From Candidatus Magasanikbacteria bacterium CG10_big_fil_rev_8_21_14_0_10_36_32 (GTDB lineage Bacteria; Patescibacteriota; Patescibacteriia; Magasanikbacterales; GWA2-37-8): a stretch of DNA of 64,000 bases. The position numbers and the translations under genes are program-made. The notes under the pieces are model-generated. The model saw nothing but the letters and a program-made list of their open reading frames with translations. It ran no database searches and was not told where the DNA came from. Positions 32,009 through 43,000 of the stretch are shown one piece after another. The DNA lies in NCBI GenBank assembly GCA_002778465.1, contig PFBV01000003.1, positions 2,397-66,396 on the forward strand. Direction: 5' to 3'. How positions within the stretch are numbered: position 1 is the stretch's first letter; the number at the start of each line of letters is the position of its first letter.

Positions 32009-33463
32009 GTGTCTTCCAAAACTAAGATAATTTTAATTTGCATAATCGTCGCGGCGACCGCTTTGCGTTTGTTGACTATTTTAAAATACGGCGCATTTAT
32101 TTGGGATGAAATATTTAGTTTTACTTACAGTCAAAAAACTTGGCTGGAAAGCATTAAAATATGGCTTTGGGAAACAAACCCACCATTACATATGGCAATT
32201 CTCAAAATCTGGTTTTATATTTTTCCAACCAACGAATTTTTTACCCGCCTGCCCAGTTTAATATTTGGCGTTTTAAGTGTTTGTGCAGTATACAAAACCA
32301 CCCTTAAAATTTTTAATAACAATCGCTTAGCCGTTATTTCCGCTACTGTATTGGCCTTTTCGCCATATCATATTTTTATGTCCGCTACCGGCCGAGGTTA
32401 TTCACTTCTAATCCTGCTTGATATTTTATCCGTTTACTTTTTTTATCAAATATTTTTTGAAAACAAATCTGACAAAAAAAGTATTTTTTTTCTCGGCTTA
32501 ATAAATTTATTGTTAATGTTCACCCATCTGACCTCGGTTATTATCATCGTCGGACAATTAATAGTTTTAGCAGTTCAAAAATCCAATTTTAAATTTTGGT
32601 TTAAAATAAATGCCATTCCCCTGTTATGTTTCGGAGTTTGGTCAGCTTTCTCTTTGCCGTTAAAAATAAACTTTGATTTATTCGGCAGTGGCTGGTATTT
32701 TTGGCTAAAAACAAATTTAATTGACATAATTAATTCTCTGCAACCTCTTTTACTCGGTCCGCATTATAAAATTTCCGGTTGTTTGATTTCCGCAATTTTT
32801 ATATTAACATCCGGAATTATTATTTATCGGCAAATTCATTATAAAAACACGGATACAAAATTTATTATTCTGTTAACTGCATCCATAACACCAATAATCG
32901 CCGCTGGAATGCTTGGTCTCTGGAATATTAAATTTTTTATAATTGTTCTGCCTTGGTTCGCGATTATTATCGCCTATCTGATAAATAAACTGATAAAAAA
33001 TAATCTACTCGCTACCGGAATAATAATTCTGCTGGTTCTACCCGGCTGGACTTATCTCTATAAACTTTTACCGCTAAATGACTGGCGCATAATAAATAAT
33101 TATTTGGCGGAAAATTATCAACCGGCAAAAAAACAAGTTTTTATTTATAATTTATTTATTGATAAATTACTGATTGAAAGATATTATCAAAGTCCAATTC
33201 CAACTTTACCATATTTTACAGGTACTGACTGGGCAGCTGATATTGTTTCAAAAAATTATCTGCGTTATATCCATCCGCAAGATGAAATTAATCAGTGGTT
33301 AAACAATCAACAATTAGAAAATTTTGATGAAATATTTTTAGAAGAAGAAAAATGTGGTATTGATTTGAGTACTATTCTGCCAGGTCGCGGCTGGAAACTA
33401 AAAAAAATAATTGACGCTCACCAGTTAGACAGAAAAAAACTTTATCATTATGTTAGACATTAA
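32009..33463 (+). CDS. GT-C (family 39/PMT-like) membrane glycosyltransferase
   Basis: WDE, NPPL, RLPS..FG, multiple TM helices. Confidence 0.8.
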   Translation: MSSKTKIILICIIVAATALRLLTILKYGAFIWDEIFSFTYSQKTWLESIKIWLWETNPPLHMAILKIWFYIFPTNEFFTRLPSLIFGVLSVCAVYKTTLKIFNNNRLAVISATVLAFSPYHIFMSATGRGYSLLILLDILSVYFFYQIFFENKSDKKSIFFLGLINLLLMFTHLTSVIIIVGQLIVLAVQKSNFKFWFKINAIPLLCFGVWSAFSLPLKINFDLFGSGWYFWLKTNLIDIINSLQPLLLGPHYKISGCLISAIFILTSGIIIYRQIHYKNTDTKFIILLTASITPIIAAGMLGLWNIKFFIIVLPWFAIIIAYLINKLIKNNLLATGIIILLVLPGWTYLYKLLPLNDWRIINNYLAENYQPAKKQVFIYNLFIDKLLIERYYQSPIPTLPYFTGTDWAADIVSKNYLRYIHPQDEINQWLNNQQLENFDEIFLEEEKCGIDLSTILPGRGWKLKKIIDAHQLDRKKLYHYVRH

Positions 33464-34313
33464 AACAATCTGGAAAAAATACTCAGAAATTGACAGTCAA
33501 GAACTAATTATTCTTTTTAGTTTGGCTATCCGCCAATCAAAAGAATTTGTACTAAGTCATACTGATTATAAAATGTCCTGCTTGGAACGCTGGCGGTTGT
33601 GGTGGCTAACAAAACGCCACAAACAAGGCTGGCCAACCGCCTATTTGGCCAGACATAAAGAATTTTACGGCTTGAATTTTTTAGTTAACAAAAATACTTT
33701 GATTCCTCGTTCAAGCACGGAGTCAATGGTGGAATTGGTTATTGAAAACTTAAAAAATAATCATTCCGAACCAAGAAAAATGCTAATTGATATAGGCACT
33801 GGTACAGGTTGCATTCCGATCAGTATTATTAAAACATTAAATGATAGCAATATAAAAACAATCGCGACTGATATTTCAAAAAAGGCTTTGCGAGTGGCCA
33901 AACAAAACGCCCAACGCCACAATGTTGATATCCAATTTATCCATGGCGATTTATTAAAACCATTCATCAACAATTATTCCGCAATAATTAATAACCGCCG
34001 TTTGTTTATCACCGCCAATTTACCATATTTGACACAAAATTGGATTAAATCAGAACCCGGCATACAAAAAGAACCTATTTCCGCCTTATTGTCCGACAAT
34101 AAACATGGTTTATCTCTTTATGAAAAATTTTTCCAACAAATTAAATTTATAATATTAAACTTCAACAGTTCCCCGTCAATCTTTATTGAAATTGACTCAC
34201 GGCAGTCAGTAATGGCAATGGAATTGGCAAAAAAATATTTTCCTAAAGCAAAAATAGAAATAAAAAAAGATCTCGCTCGGCGAGATCGCATATTAACAAT
34301 TTATCAAAATTAA
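33450..34313 (+). CDS. prmC: Release factor glutamine methyltransferase
   Basis: P.AY....EFYG, LIPR..TE, DIGTGTG, NLPY. Confidence 0.92.
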   Translation: MLDIKTIWKKYSEIDSQELIILFSLAIRQSKEFVLSHTDYKMSCLERWRLWWLTKRHKQGWPTAYLARHKEFYGLNFLVNKNTLIPRSSTESMVELVIENLKNNHSEPRKMLIDIGTGTGCIPISIIKTLNDSNIKTIATDISKKALRVAKQNAQRHNVDIQFIHGDLLKPFINNYSAIINNRRLFITANLPYLTQNWIKSEPGIQKEPISALLSDNKHGLSLYEKFFQQIKFIILNFNSSPSIFIEIDSRQSVMAMELAKKYFPKAKIEIKKDLARRDRILTIYQN

Positions 34314-34342
34314 ACTATTCCGGATTTATGTCGGAATAGTTT
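34312..34342. terminator. Bidirectional terminator
   Basis: aaactattccgg..tcggaatagttt between convergent genes. Confidence 0.7.
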
Positions 34343-34346
34343 AATT

Positions 34347-35411
34347 TTATACGGAAATTTCAATTGCTAAATTTTCCGGCACGATCATCAACCAAATTTT
34401 TCCAGGAATTAAAAATATTTCTGTCATATCTTTATTATAAAAACGAGTTCTTTCTGGACGTCCATCTTTTTTCCAAATTCCTCTTATCATTTCACCGCGT
34501 CTAAAAATACGAGCTTCCCCCTCGCCTATTGTTTCTATTTGCCTCCGTCCAACATTATCTAAAGTAATCATGGTGGCATATTGAACCAAAATATTTTCCG
34601 CCGTTATTGGTTGACCGTTGCCATCCAACATTTTTTCTCCATTAAGCCAACGCTCATAATTTCGATTATCTAAATTATACTTCCAAACAACTTCAAAACC
34701 ACGACCATAACGGATTTTTATTTCTGTCACGGATTCCGATGAAGCAATGATGGTTGGATTTGAATCAAATAACCAACCTTCCCAACTCCAACCAGGATGT
34801 TTTTCTCCATACTTATCAAAAATTAAATTCCATTGCTGGCTGGCGGTAAATAAATTATATGGCGCCGTCCGATTATGATCACGCCAATAATAATTTCCCC
34901 AATAAAATTCATTAGCATCAAAAATTTTTCTTTCTTTAATTAAACCCAATGCTTCCGGCGAACCGCCACAATGCATATAAAGAGCATCGCCATATTCAGC
35001 CAACCAATCCAAAAAATACGGTCGGGCGCTTCTAACAGGTCCGACTTCAGATACATTTTGTTCATCTCCAATCGGATAAATTGCCAAAAATCTGCTGGTC
35101 ACACCTTCCATTGGCGCTTCATAAATAATCGCCGCCTCATTTACTCCGTTTAAAGGTAAGGCATCAAAATGTCCGTCAATCATTACACCAACCACATCAG
35201 GTGTTTCATCTTCAATTGTGGCAACACCTGTTCCATCTAACTTACTCCGATGATTAAACTGCGTTATTCCTAAAAAATTATCTTTGTTAGGATTGGTGAT
35301 CCAAACAGTTCCTTCTTGCCCAAAATAAAAATAATAACAAAGAATGGCGGCCGAAGCGGTCATTAATCCAAAACTCAAAATAAGTTTTTGCCAATCGGAT
35401 TTTTTTAACAT
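34347..35411 (-). CDS. DUF3048 domain protein
   Basis: VMID, YE...EG..SR, GPVRSARPY, R.APYNL. Confidence 0.85.
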   Translation of the reverse strand: MLKKSDWQKLILSFGLMTASAAILCYYFYFGQEGTVWITNPNKDNFLGITQFNHRSKLDGTGVATIEDETPDVVGVMIDGHFDALPLNGVNEAAIIYEAPMEGVTSRFLAIYPIGDEQNVSEVGPVRSARPYFLDWLAEYGDALYMHCGGSPEALGLIKERKIFDANEFYWGNYYWRDHNRTAPYNLFTASQQWNLIFDKYGEKHPGWSWEGWLFDSNPTIIASSESVTEIKIRYGRGFEVVWKYNLDNRNYERWLNGEKMLDGNGQPITAENILVQYATMITLDNVGRRQIETIGEGEARIFRRGEMIRGIWKKDGRPERTRFYNKDMTEIFLIPGKIWLMIVPENLAIEISV

Positions 35412-35436
35412 ATATTCTATTATACCAGAAATTAAA

Positions 35437-35481
35437 TAAAAAAAGCCACCGATTTGATTCAGTGGCCTTATGTGAAAGAAC
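35437..35481 (-). terminator. Cassette 1 3' module: GTTCTTT plus terminator
   Basis: Minus strand GTTCTTTcacataa-ggccactga..tcggtggc-tttttt. Confidence 0.75.
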
Positions 35482-35497
35482 TGCTGTTAAGAAAACC

Positions 35498-35719
35498 TTA
35501 GATGTCGTCTTCGTCCTTGAAGAAACCGATGTTGTCGCAAGGACAAGCTTCGCGCTGTAAACGCTCTTGACGGTACTCGTGACAATAGGAACACTCTTCG
35601 GACGAAAGACACATGGCACCCAGATAGCCCTGCTTCTCTCGCTCAATACACCGCTTCTCAATGTCACTCCCATGCGATACCTCGTATACATGGCCAGCCA
35701 AACACTGAACGTTGTACGT
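35498..35719 (-). CDS. Cassette 1 cargo: small Cys-rich putative Zn-binding protein with apparent ACG start
   Basis: AAGGAGG-5nt-ACG, then YNVQCLAGH...CSYC...CPC; GC-richer than flanks. Confidence 0.55.
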   Translation of the reverse strand, partial: TYNVQCLAGHVYEVSHGSDIEKRCIEREKQGYLGAMCLSSEECSYCHEYRQERLQREACPCDNIGFFKDEDDI

Positions 35720-35762
35720 GATATCCTCCTTGTTTTGCCTATTTTTAGTAAGACTTGATTGA

Positions 35763-35809
35763 TTTTCCAAAGAACGGATTATTATATCATATTTTAAAAC
35801 TTTTGTCAA
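35763..35809 (-). promoter_or_regulatory. Cassette 1 promoter plus boxA-like motif
   Basis: TTGACA-17-TATAAT-aatcc-GTTCTTTGGAAAA. Confidence 0.85.
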
Positions 35810-35882
35810 TACCTTAATTTAGCTTATCTTAGCTAAAACAAAAATCCATCCGCCAAATGGCGGATGGATCTTAAAATTTTTA

Positions 35883-36581
35883 TTACTCTTTTTTCGTCTC
35901 TTCTTTCTTTTCTTCTCCGGCTTCAGCAGCGGCTTCTTCGCCTTCTTTAGCTTCTTTGGCCGGTTCAGCGGATTCAATCTTGGTTAAATCAGCATCTTTA
36001 GTACTTTCACTTTCCATTGCTTTAATTTCTTCTTCAGTCAAAGCCGGTACAGCTTTAACAATAATAGCATCATCATCCACTTCATAAAATTTAACACCCG
36101 CCGGCAAATTTAAATCTGACACACGAAACGCGTCATCAAATGTTTTTAAAACAGACAAATCAACATCCAAATGACTGACTAAATCTTTCGGTAAACATTC
36201 AATGTCAATCATTTCAAAGTTACGCACCAAAGTACCACCAGCTTCCTTGATAGCCTGTGATTCACCAATAAAAATCAATTCTACCGGCGCGACTAAAGTT
36301 TTATTCATATCAATTCTTTTCAAATCAACATGAATTACTCTGTCTTTTACCGGATCATATTGCACATCTTGTACCAAGACTTTTCCTTCTGCTTTACCGT
36401 CCACTTCCAAATCAATCAAAGTGGAATCTCCGGCTTCTTGGTAAACTTTATTAAATTCTTTAAAAGTCAATGACACGGAATCAGCTTCTCCTCCCGCACC
36501 ATAAATAACAGCTGGTAATAAACCGTCCACTCTGACTTTTTCTCCTTTTTGTTCTCGCTTTACAGCATTAATTTTAAACAT
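35883..36581 (-). CDS. rplY: 50S ribosomal protein L25/Ctc
   Basis: PAVIYG, Q.DPV....HVD, acidic tail. Confidence 0.93.
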   Translation of the reverse strand: MFKINAVKREQKGEKVRVDGLLPAVIYGAGGEADSVSLTFKEFNKVYQEAGDSTLIDLEVDGKAEGKVLVQDVQYDPVKDRVIHVDLKRIDMNKTLVAPVELIFIGESQAIKEAGGTLVRNFEMIDIECLPKDLVSHLDVDLSVLKTFDDAFRVSDLNLPAGVKFYEVDDDAIIVKAVPALTEEEIKAMESESTKDADLTKIESAEPAKEAKEGEEAAAEAGEEKKEETKKE

Positions 36582-36589
36582 ACATTATT

Positions 36590-36967
36590 TTATATTTTCC
36601 CGACACTGTGTCGGAATCCCGACTTTGCGTCTGGATAATTTTTAATTAAATTATTTTCTTTAATTTGTCTAATGCCATCAATCATTTCGTCCATTACAAT
36701 CGGTTCTAACTGGCAAAATTTTTCCGCATCAGAGAAATTCAAATCACTTACCATCCCCATTGAACTCAAACTGTGTCCCACCTCAACCACCATGGCGATA
36801 AAATTACCAGCACATTTGACACAACTAATATGAATCAAGCTGGCCTTGTCTTGCGAAGCGAAAAGCCGCGCATTTTTCGTATTGTAAATACTGCCACAAA
36901 CCGGACACTTATTGATAAATTTAAGCGCTTCTCTCCAAGAATCAGATTTCTTTTTCTCCGGTATCAT
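36590..36967 (-). CDS. Zn-ribbon hypothetical protein
   Basis: CPVC and H..CVKC; upstream TTGACA-17-TAATAT. Confidence 0.75.
   Translation of the reverse strand: MIPEKKKSDSWREALKFINKCPVCGSIYNTKNARLFASQDKASLIHISCVKCAGNFIAMVVEVGHSLSSMGMVSDLNFSDAEKFCQLEPIVMDEMIDGIRQIKENNLIKNYPDAKSGFRHSVGKI
36598..36635. repeat. REP-like double hairpin, same family as 10658-10727
   Basis: tcccgacactgtgtcggaatcccgactttgcgtctgga inside the 3' end of ORF 36590..36967. Confidence 0.6.
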
Positions 36968-37049
36968 AATAAAGTAGCCTTATATTACACAATTCAGCTA
37001 TTTTTGTCAACCCCCGTAAGAGTATACTGACAAAACCAAAACTTATTAT

Positions 37050-39143
37050 TTATTTTAAACTTAATTTTCCAACGGTTTCCCATGTTTTTTCATCTAAAAC
37101 AACAATCTCATCAGAACCGATTAAATAAAGATAATCCGATAAATAAACTGCCCGTGAAATTTGCAATCCACTGATAGCTTTTAATAACGTTAATTTATCA
37201 TCGGCATAACTAAATACATAACCGCCTTGTCCTCCTGGAATAAAAAATACACTATGTTTTTCATCTAACAAAAAGGCGTGATGATTATTTAATGCTTCAG
37301 ACCAATACTCATTAAGCGTATATTTTGAAACTTCGACCGGCAATTCAGCTGTTGCTACATCAAAAATTGAAATTTTAACTTTTCCACTTTCCTGTCCCAA
37401 ACCTAAAACTTTATGATTTGGCAACGGATGCAAGTAAGAAGAATAACCCGGAATTTTCAGTTCACCGCGTAATAATGGTTTTTTTGGATTAGCTAAATCT
37501 AAAACGAAAAATGGGTCAGTTTGACGAAAAGTCACCATATAACCACGATCATCCATAAACCTAACCGCATATATTCTTTCTTCTTCACCCATATCCTGCA
37601 GAACGCCTGATATTTTCAATTCATCATCTAAGACATAAATATCATTAACTGTTTTTCGACTACCTCCAATACTGCCAATCCCCCAAAAATTTTCACCGAC
37701 AGTTGTGGCTAAACGCAAATGATTATCATATTCATCCATAGAAAATTGATTTAACAACTGTCCAGGAACTTGTCCGGAAGCGGAAATTTTCATTTTATTT
37801 AAATCTATTTTAACAATTCCTGTTTGTTCCAAATCACGACGATGCTTAGAATAATATTCATCCAAACGATTAGTTAAATCGTTTTGTATTTTTAAATTAT
37901 CATCGTCACTCAAAGAATTCATAAAACGATTAATTACCACATTCAACTCTGATAATTTTGACGACTGACTTAAATCATAACTGCTTAATTGAGCAATTTT
38001 CGTCAACATCCATTGTGGAATGATATCTTTATTTTCAGAAAAGAAATCATAGGTAAAATTTACCAAATCACCCATATAAGAATATGTCAGGTAAGCGGCA
38101 TTTGGCGACATATAAAAAACAGACTGTCCTGATGAACCAACAAAAGATACTTTATCTCCAACCACACCGGTTTCAGCTTTGACAGACAACAAAGTATAAG
38201 TGACATCCACATCACCTACGGTAGTTGGATAATAAATATCTCCGCAAGCCACATTGATTTCTCCTTCAGGCAAAATAATCGGCTGTAACGGACATGGCTT
38301 TGTATAATTTACACTATCAGAAACAGATAGATAAATAGTCCCATCCATCAAACGAGCATTAATCAAAGATGACCGTTTGCCTAATTCCATACTCCACTTT
38401 TCTTTTGGCGACATTTTATCGGTCACATCATAAGCGACAATCTTATTTTGATTATCAAAAACCACTAAAATATTTTCATAAAGTAATAAATCGCCATAAT
38501 TTTCAATTTTTCCGTCTTCCTTCAAATCAGTCGGTGGAAAAGCCATTACCAATTTGGTTTCACCTAACGCTTGATAATAAGGAGGTACTGACTCACCCTT
38601 TCTAATCATCGTATCCATTGCCGGTTCAGTCATATTCACGGACGGAGTAGTTGTATAATAACGCACCATTGGCTGTCTGACTGACAAATAAAGTTCTTTA
38701 CCATCAGTTTTTACAATATCCGGTTCATCAATACCAGTCACTTGCACATTAGTTTTAGAAATTCTATCAGCCGATACACTGCTGTCTGAAGCCACTGTTT
38801 TACCAATTTCACCCATTCCTGCGGGTACGGCATTTGGCAAAGCCATTTCCATAGTTGCCATTGTTCGTGCACTGCCGCCAATTCCATAATATCCACTGCC
38901 GCCGGTATGATTGGCTAAAAAATCCTTAAACTCCTGCTCTGAAGAAAATTTCTTAATATCCTTTAAGTCAGCTGTTTTAAAATCACTAATCGTAGTAATC
39001 GGCGCTGGAGAAATAACTTGGCCGTCTTTGGAAAATTTCAAATCACCATGCCAAAATCCGTAAACTACTACGCCGAAAAAAATTGTTAAAATAATTAAAA
39101 ATACAAAAATACCAACTTTTGCAAAAGAATTTTTTGTTAACAT
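37050..39143 (-). CDS. Secreted beta-propeller domain protein (Beta_propel type)
   Basis: TNVQV.G.DE.DIVKTDG, LNQFSMDE, VTFRQTDP, GELKIPGYS.YLHP. Confidence 0.9.
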   Translation of the reverse strand: MLTKNSFAKVGIFVFLIILTIFFGVVVYGFWHGDLKFSKDGQVISPAPITTISDFKTADLKDIKKFSSEQEFKDFLANHTGGSGYYGIGGSARTMATMEMALPNAVPAGMGEIGKTVASDSSVSADRISKTNVQVTGIDEPDIVKTDGKELYLSVRQPMVRYYTTTPSVNMTEPAMDTMIRKGESVPPYYQALGETKLVMAFPPTDLKEDGKIENYGDLLLYENILVVFDNQNKIVAYDVTDKMSPKEKWSMELGKRSSLINARLMDGTIYLSVSDSVNYTKPCPLQPIILPEGEINVACGDIYYPTTVGDVDVTYTLLSVKAETGVVGDKVSFVGSSGQSVFYMSPNAAYLTYSYMGDLVNFTYDFFSENKDIIPQWMLTKIAQLSSYDLSQSSKLSELNVVINRFMNSLSDDDNLKIQNDLTNRLDEYYSKHRRDLEQTGIVKIDLNKMKISASGQVPGQLLNQFSMDEYDNHLRLATTVGENFWGIGSIGGSRKTVNDIYVLDDELKISGVLQDMGEEERIYAVRFMDDRGYMVTFRQTDPFFVLDLANPKKPLLRGELKIPGYSSYLHPLPNHKVLGLGQESGKVKISIFDVATAELPVEVSKYTLNEYWSEALNNHHAFLLDEKHSVFFIPGGQGGYVFSYADDKLTLLKAISGLQISRAVYLSDYLYLIGSDEIVVLDEKTWETVGKLSLK

Positions 39144-39442
39144 AAACTTAAAAAATTAATTTAAAATTAAAAAAATTATTTTGTGTCTATTTTTAATAAT
39201 TTCGTTAAACTATTCTACCATAAACAAACAAAAAAATAAAACGCTCCACATCTTTGTTAAACCCGCATTAAATCATTTGATAATATATTTATAAAATACA
39301 GACATGTGTTTATCTGCTCAGAAAAGAAAATAAATTTTCTTTTCTTTCACCTCATCGTACAAAAGACCCTTTATGTGTCATTTTATCTTCACTTGCTCGG
39401 AAATTAAAATAAATTTTCATTTTGCTCGCTTCGTTTAGTAAT

Positions 39443-39476
39443 AAAAAACCGTCTGAAATCAATCAGGCGGTTTTTT
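39443..39476 (-). terminator. Cassette 2 terminator
   Basis: aaaaaaccgtctga..tcaggcggtttttt. Confidence 0.75.
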
Positions 39477-39531
39477 ATATAGTAGATGAACACCTTTCGG
39501 GTTTCGGCGATTCTTCGTTCATACGCAATTA

Positions 39532-39807
39532 TTAAGCTGACTCTCCTGCAGTTTTTTTGATTGCATTGCGCCACTTGAAATAAAGTGAGCACCCCATTGT
39601 TCCAACGGCGCAACCTGTAGCATATAAGAGAACCAACTGCCAGTTATTGATGTCCTTGATAATTGTTTCTAGGACATAATACCAGATTAATATATTAATG
39701 ACTGTGATTGCGCCACCGGCCAACACTTGGTTACCAGAAACCATTTTAGTCCAAATAGCGACAATCAGCATTTCCACTACACCTATAAAAAATAATGTCA
39801 TATGCAT
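39532..39807 (-). CDS. Cassette 2 cargo: small three-TM protein (DUF5698-like)
   Basis: Three TM helices, Y..G...GT motif. Confidence 0.65.
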   Translation of the reverse strand: MHMTLFFIGVVEMLIVAIWTKMVSGNQVLAGGAITVINILIWYYVLETIIKDINNWQLVLLYATGCAVGTMGCSLYFKWRNAIKKTAGESA

Positions 39808-39870
39808 TTGGTTAGTGGTTTTGTAAAAATTCGACCTTTTAGGTAAAAATACACTTTTTGACCTGATTAC

Positions 39871-39958
39871 TTGTTAAAGAGCTATACTATTTTAAAGAGG
39901 CAAAAAAGCGCATATCTTAGCCTAAATTCATTATACTCTAAAATAAGCTTCCGGTCAA
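39871..39958 (-). promoter_or_regulatory. Cassette 2 promoter plus canonical boxA
   Basis: TTGACC-17-TATAAT; GCTCTTTAACAA at 39882-39871. Confidence 0.8.
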
Positions 39959-40098
39959 AAAAAGCTATTCACAGTTTATGCACAGGGGTGTGTAAAGAAA
40001 AAAACAGATAAATTTGAAAAAATATAAAATCTCGCCATTTTTGACGAGATTTTTAATTAATCTTAATTTGATTTACAATAAAATAACTGCTTAGTTGT

Positions 40099-43000
40099 TT
40101 ACTTTTTCTCCTCAAAACCAAACTCAACCAATTTATCTTGTTTAAATAAATTATGAACTTGGGTGTTTTTAATTTGGGCTAAGTTTTCTAAAGTTCGACG
40201 AATTTTTTCCTTCAAAAATTCAGCTTCACCGGAATTACTCAAACCATTATTTTTTAAATCATTAAATATTTCTCCATCTTTACTCAACATTAAATTTTTT
40301 GCTCTAAGTAATGGCCTAATATCTTCTGCTTGTCTAATATAATCGGTTCGATAAAAATTATTATAAGCCTGACTGTCAGAAAAACCTCGGAAATCACCAT
40401 TGTAACCAATTACTTTTCCACCAATACCATACTCAAAATTTAAATTGACCGATAAATCGCCTTTTTTAAAAATATATTCAGGATGTGACGGTCCAAATGC
40501 CGGCGTTGCAAGATTATCTTCGGTTTGCGTTTCCGAAGTTAAAATATTTCCTTTTTTATCAACTACATCAGCCGCCGCAATTGGTTGTTCTGTGATTTTA
40601 TTTGATTTAATGGTTGAAACGGTATCTAATTGTTCCTCTATCCGACCTTCTCCCACCACATCAACAGACCGTTCATCGGCAATATCCAGCTGATCGGCAT
40701 GGTATTGTTTACCTGTATTTACATCTTCAAAAACATGTCCTCTTGACTGTATCTCTTGCAACGTATTCATGTCATCCTTGGATAAAAACTTTTCACCAAT
40801 TTCATTTGTCTGCCAATGTTTATCCAGCCAAACTTTTTCTTGATCAGTAAGATGTTTGGCGTAATCATCCAACATGCTTTCCGTCACCGCCGTATCGCCG
40901 GATGCTTCAGCTTTAAAATATTTATCAATCGTTTCAATATCCATCTCATGTTCAGAAACAACTTTAATCGGTTCTATATCAGCATGTTCCATTACATAAG
41001 TTTTTCCAACCAACTCAATTTTTCCATCCGGGCGCAAAATAACAAACTGATCCCTGTTTTTATTAAATACAAAATATTTATCATCTAGATGTTGCTCGTG
41101 TGTCAACACACTTGCTTGATGATCTGCCCATTTATCCACCGACAAACCATTTTTTGGATTATAACCATAAGCCTCAGGATCTATTTTCAATTGTTTTTGT
41201 AATAATCCCTCAATATTATTTGAACCACGGGCTGTTTGAACCAACATTGATTTTAAAACTTTAGACGAATCAGCGCCACCTTCTAATATACGGCTGATAG
41301 ACGCCAATACTTCACGGTGTCCAGCCACTCCGCTTAACAAACGATTAATGTCGGCAATTTCCCCTTCAGTCAAACCATTTTCAACTACACAACCGATTGC
41401 CCCAGCACTTAAACCTCGCTGTTCCCAACCGTTTAACAATGCTTTAATTTGTTCTTGTGTTGATTCCGCCATTCCTTCAGCCGGATAGTTATATTTATCA
41501 ACCAACTCGTCAGTGACTGTTTTAGGTTCTCCGGTCACTGCTCCGCCGTCAATAATTTTTCCACCAACAGTATGATGTTCAGTTTCAATCGCTGCCGCTT
41601 TCCCCAACATATTTAAATAAGCCAAACAACCGCCAGCCACACCAATAACCGATGAAACAATCCGCTTACCCCAACGCAATTGTTTTTCGCCGGTAATTTT
41701 ACCGCCTAAAATATCCAATTCTTGTTTCCGACTTTCCAAATAAGCTAACGCGTCAACCAAACTATCCGGACGAATTATATCGCGAGCATCACCAATTTCT
41801 ACGGCTTTCGATTTTAAAATTTCTTGAATTATTTGATCTCTAAAATGTGTCAATCTCTGATAATTTTCATCTTTATTCAAATCAAAACCATTCACATAAG
41901 CATACGCTTCAATGGCAGCTATGCGATGTTGAATTTCTTTCAAACGATCCTCCGGTTGTAAATCCATTATTAAACTAATGGTTGCCTCAACTTTTTCCAT
42001 CGCTTTTTCTAATTTTTTATGACGTTTTTCAGTTTTTGCGTCACTTTCACCGCCTGACGGCAATTCCAAATCTCCGCCAGTCGCCTCTTCCGCCAATCCC
42101 AATCTATTCCGCCAAACCAATTCGGCTTCATCGCAACTACTAAAAATTTCTCCTCTCTTTCCCAACCAACGCTGACCAATATTTTGTAAAGTATCCGCTG
42201 CCGCCCGACTGCCAAAAATTGAACCTGTACCAACAAATGCCGTTCTGGCTCCAATATAAACATGGCTACTTACTAAACCCGGCACTTCATATAAACCAAC
42301 TCCTAGTAAACCCAACGAAATTCCCAATCGCACACTCAAAGCTTTAGCGCCAAGTTTTGCCCACAAACCGCTTTGCGACAATTCCGCGCCGCGATTAGAC
42401 CAAAATTTATCCCAACCGCGAACTATTTCGCCGGATTTTTCTTTACTCAAAACTTCTTTGTTTTTCTTTTCCAAATAATTATAAAGATTCATTTCACCAA
42501 GCCGTTTCCAAACTTTAGCCACTATATTTTCTTTGCTTTTATAATGTTCACCGAGTTTCTTCTGTAAATTTTTTGATTCATTATCCAAGAATTTTTTTAA
42601 AGATTCAGCTTGTAATTCACTGGCCGATAACAATTCTTTTTGAACTCTTTCGTATACCGCCCAAATATTATCATATTCTATTTCAGCCACTTCTTCGCGG
42701 GTGCTGCCCAACCAAGTTTTTATCGTACCAAAAACCCCACCTGCTCGTTCGCGATTGGCTAAAGCGGTGACTAAATTTTTCCGAACCTCAGTTAACTGAT
42801 TTTTAAGTTCTTCAATTAATTTATTCCTCTCTTGGCATTCCGCCAAAATTTCATCATCCACATTAATTTCAATTGATCCGTCTTCTACAAAAGATTCTGC
42901 GACCGGTTCAATTATTTCAACAACGGGTTCTTTAATTTCTGTTTCCTGTTTTATTTCTTCCAAATTTATTTCCTTTTCCTCCGGCAATTCTTCCAATAAT

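Noticed and set aside
35720-35809. Shared N-terminus MTK.LKY.I of ORFs 35498..35809 and 48821..49222 as a protein motif
   Set aside because: It is the translation of the TTGACA-17-TATAAT promoter with TTG read as a start; the real starts follow the SDs downstream.
39481-39530. Hammerhead ribozyme
   Set aside because: GAAA is present but no CUGANGA core was found on either strand.
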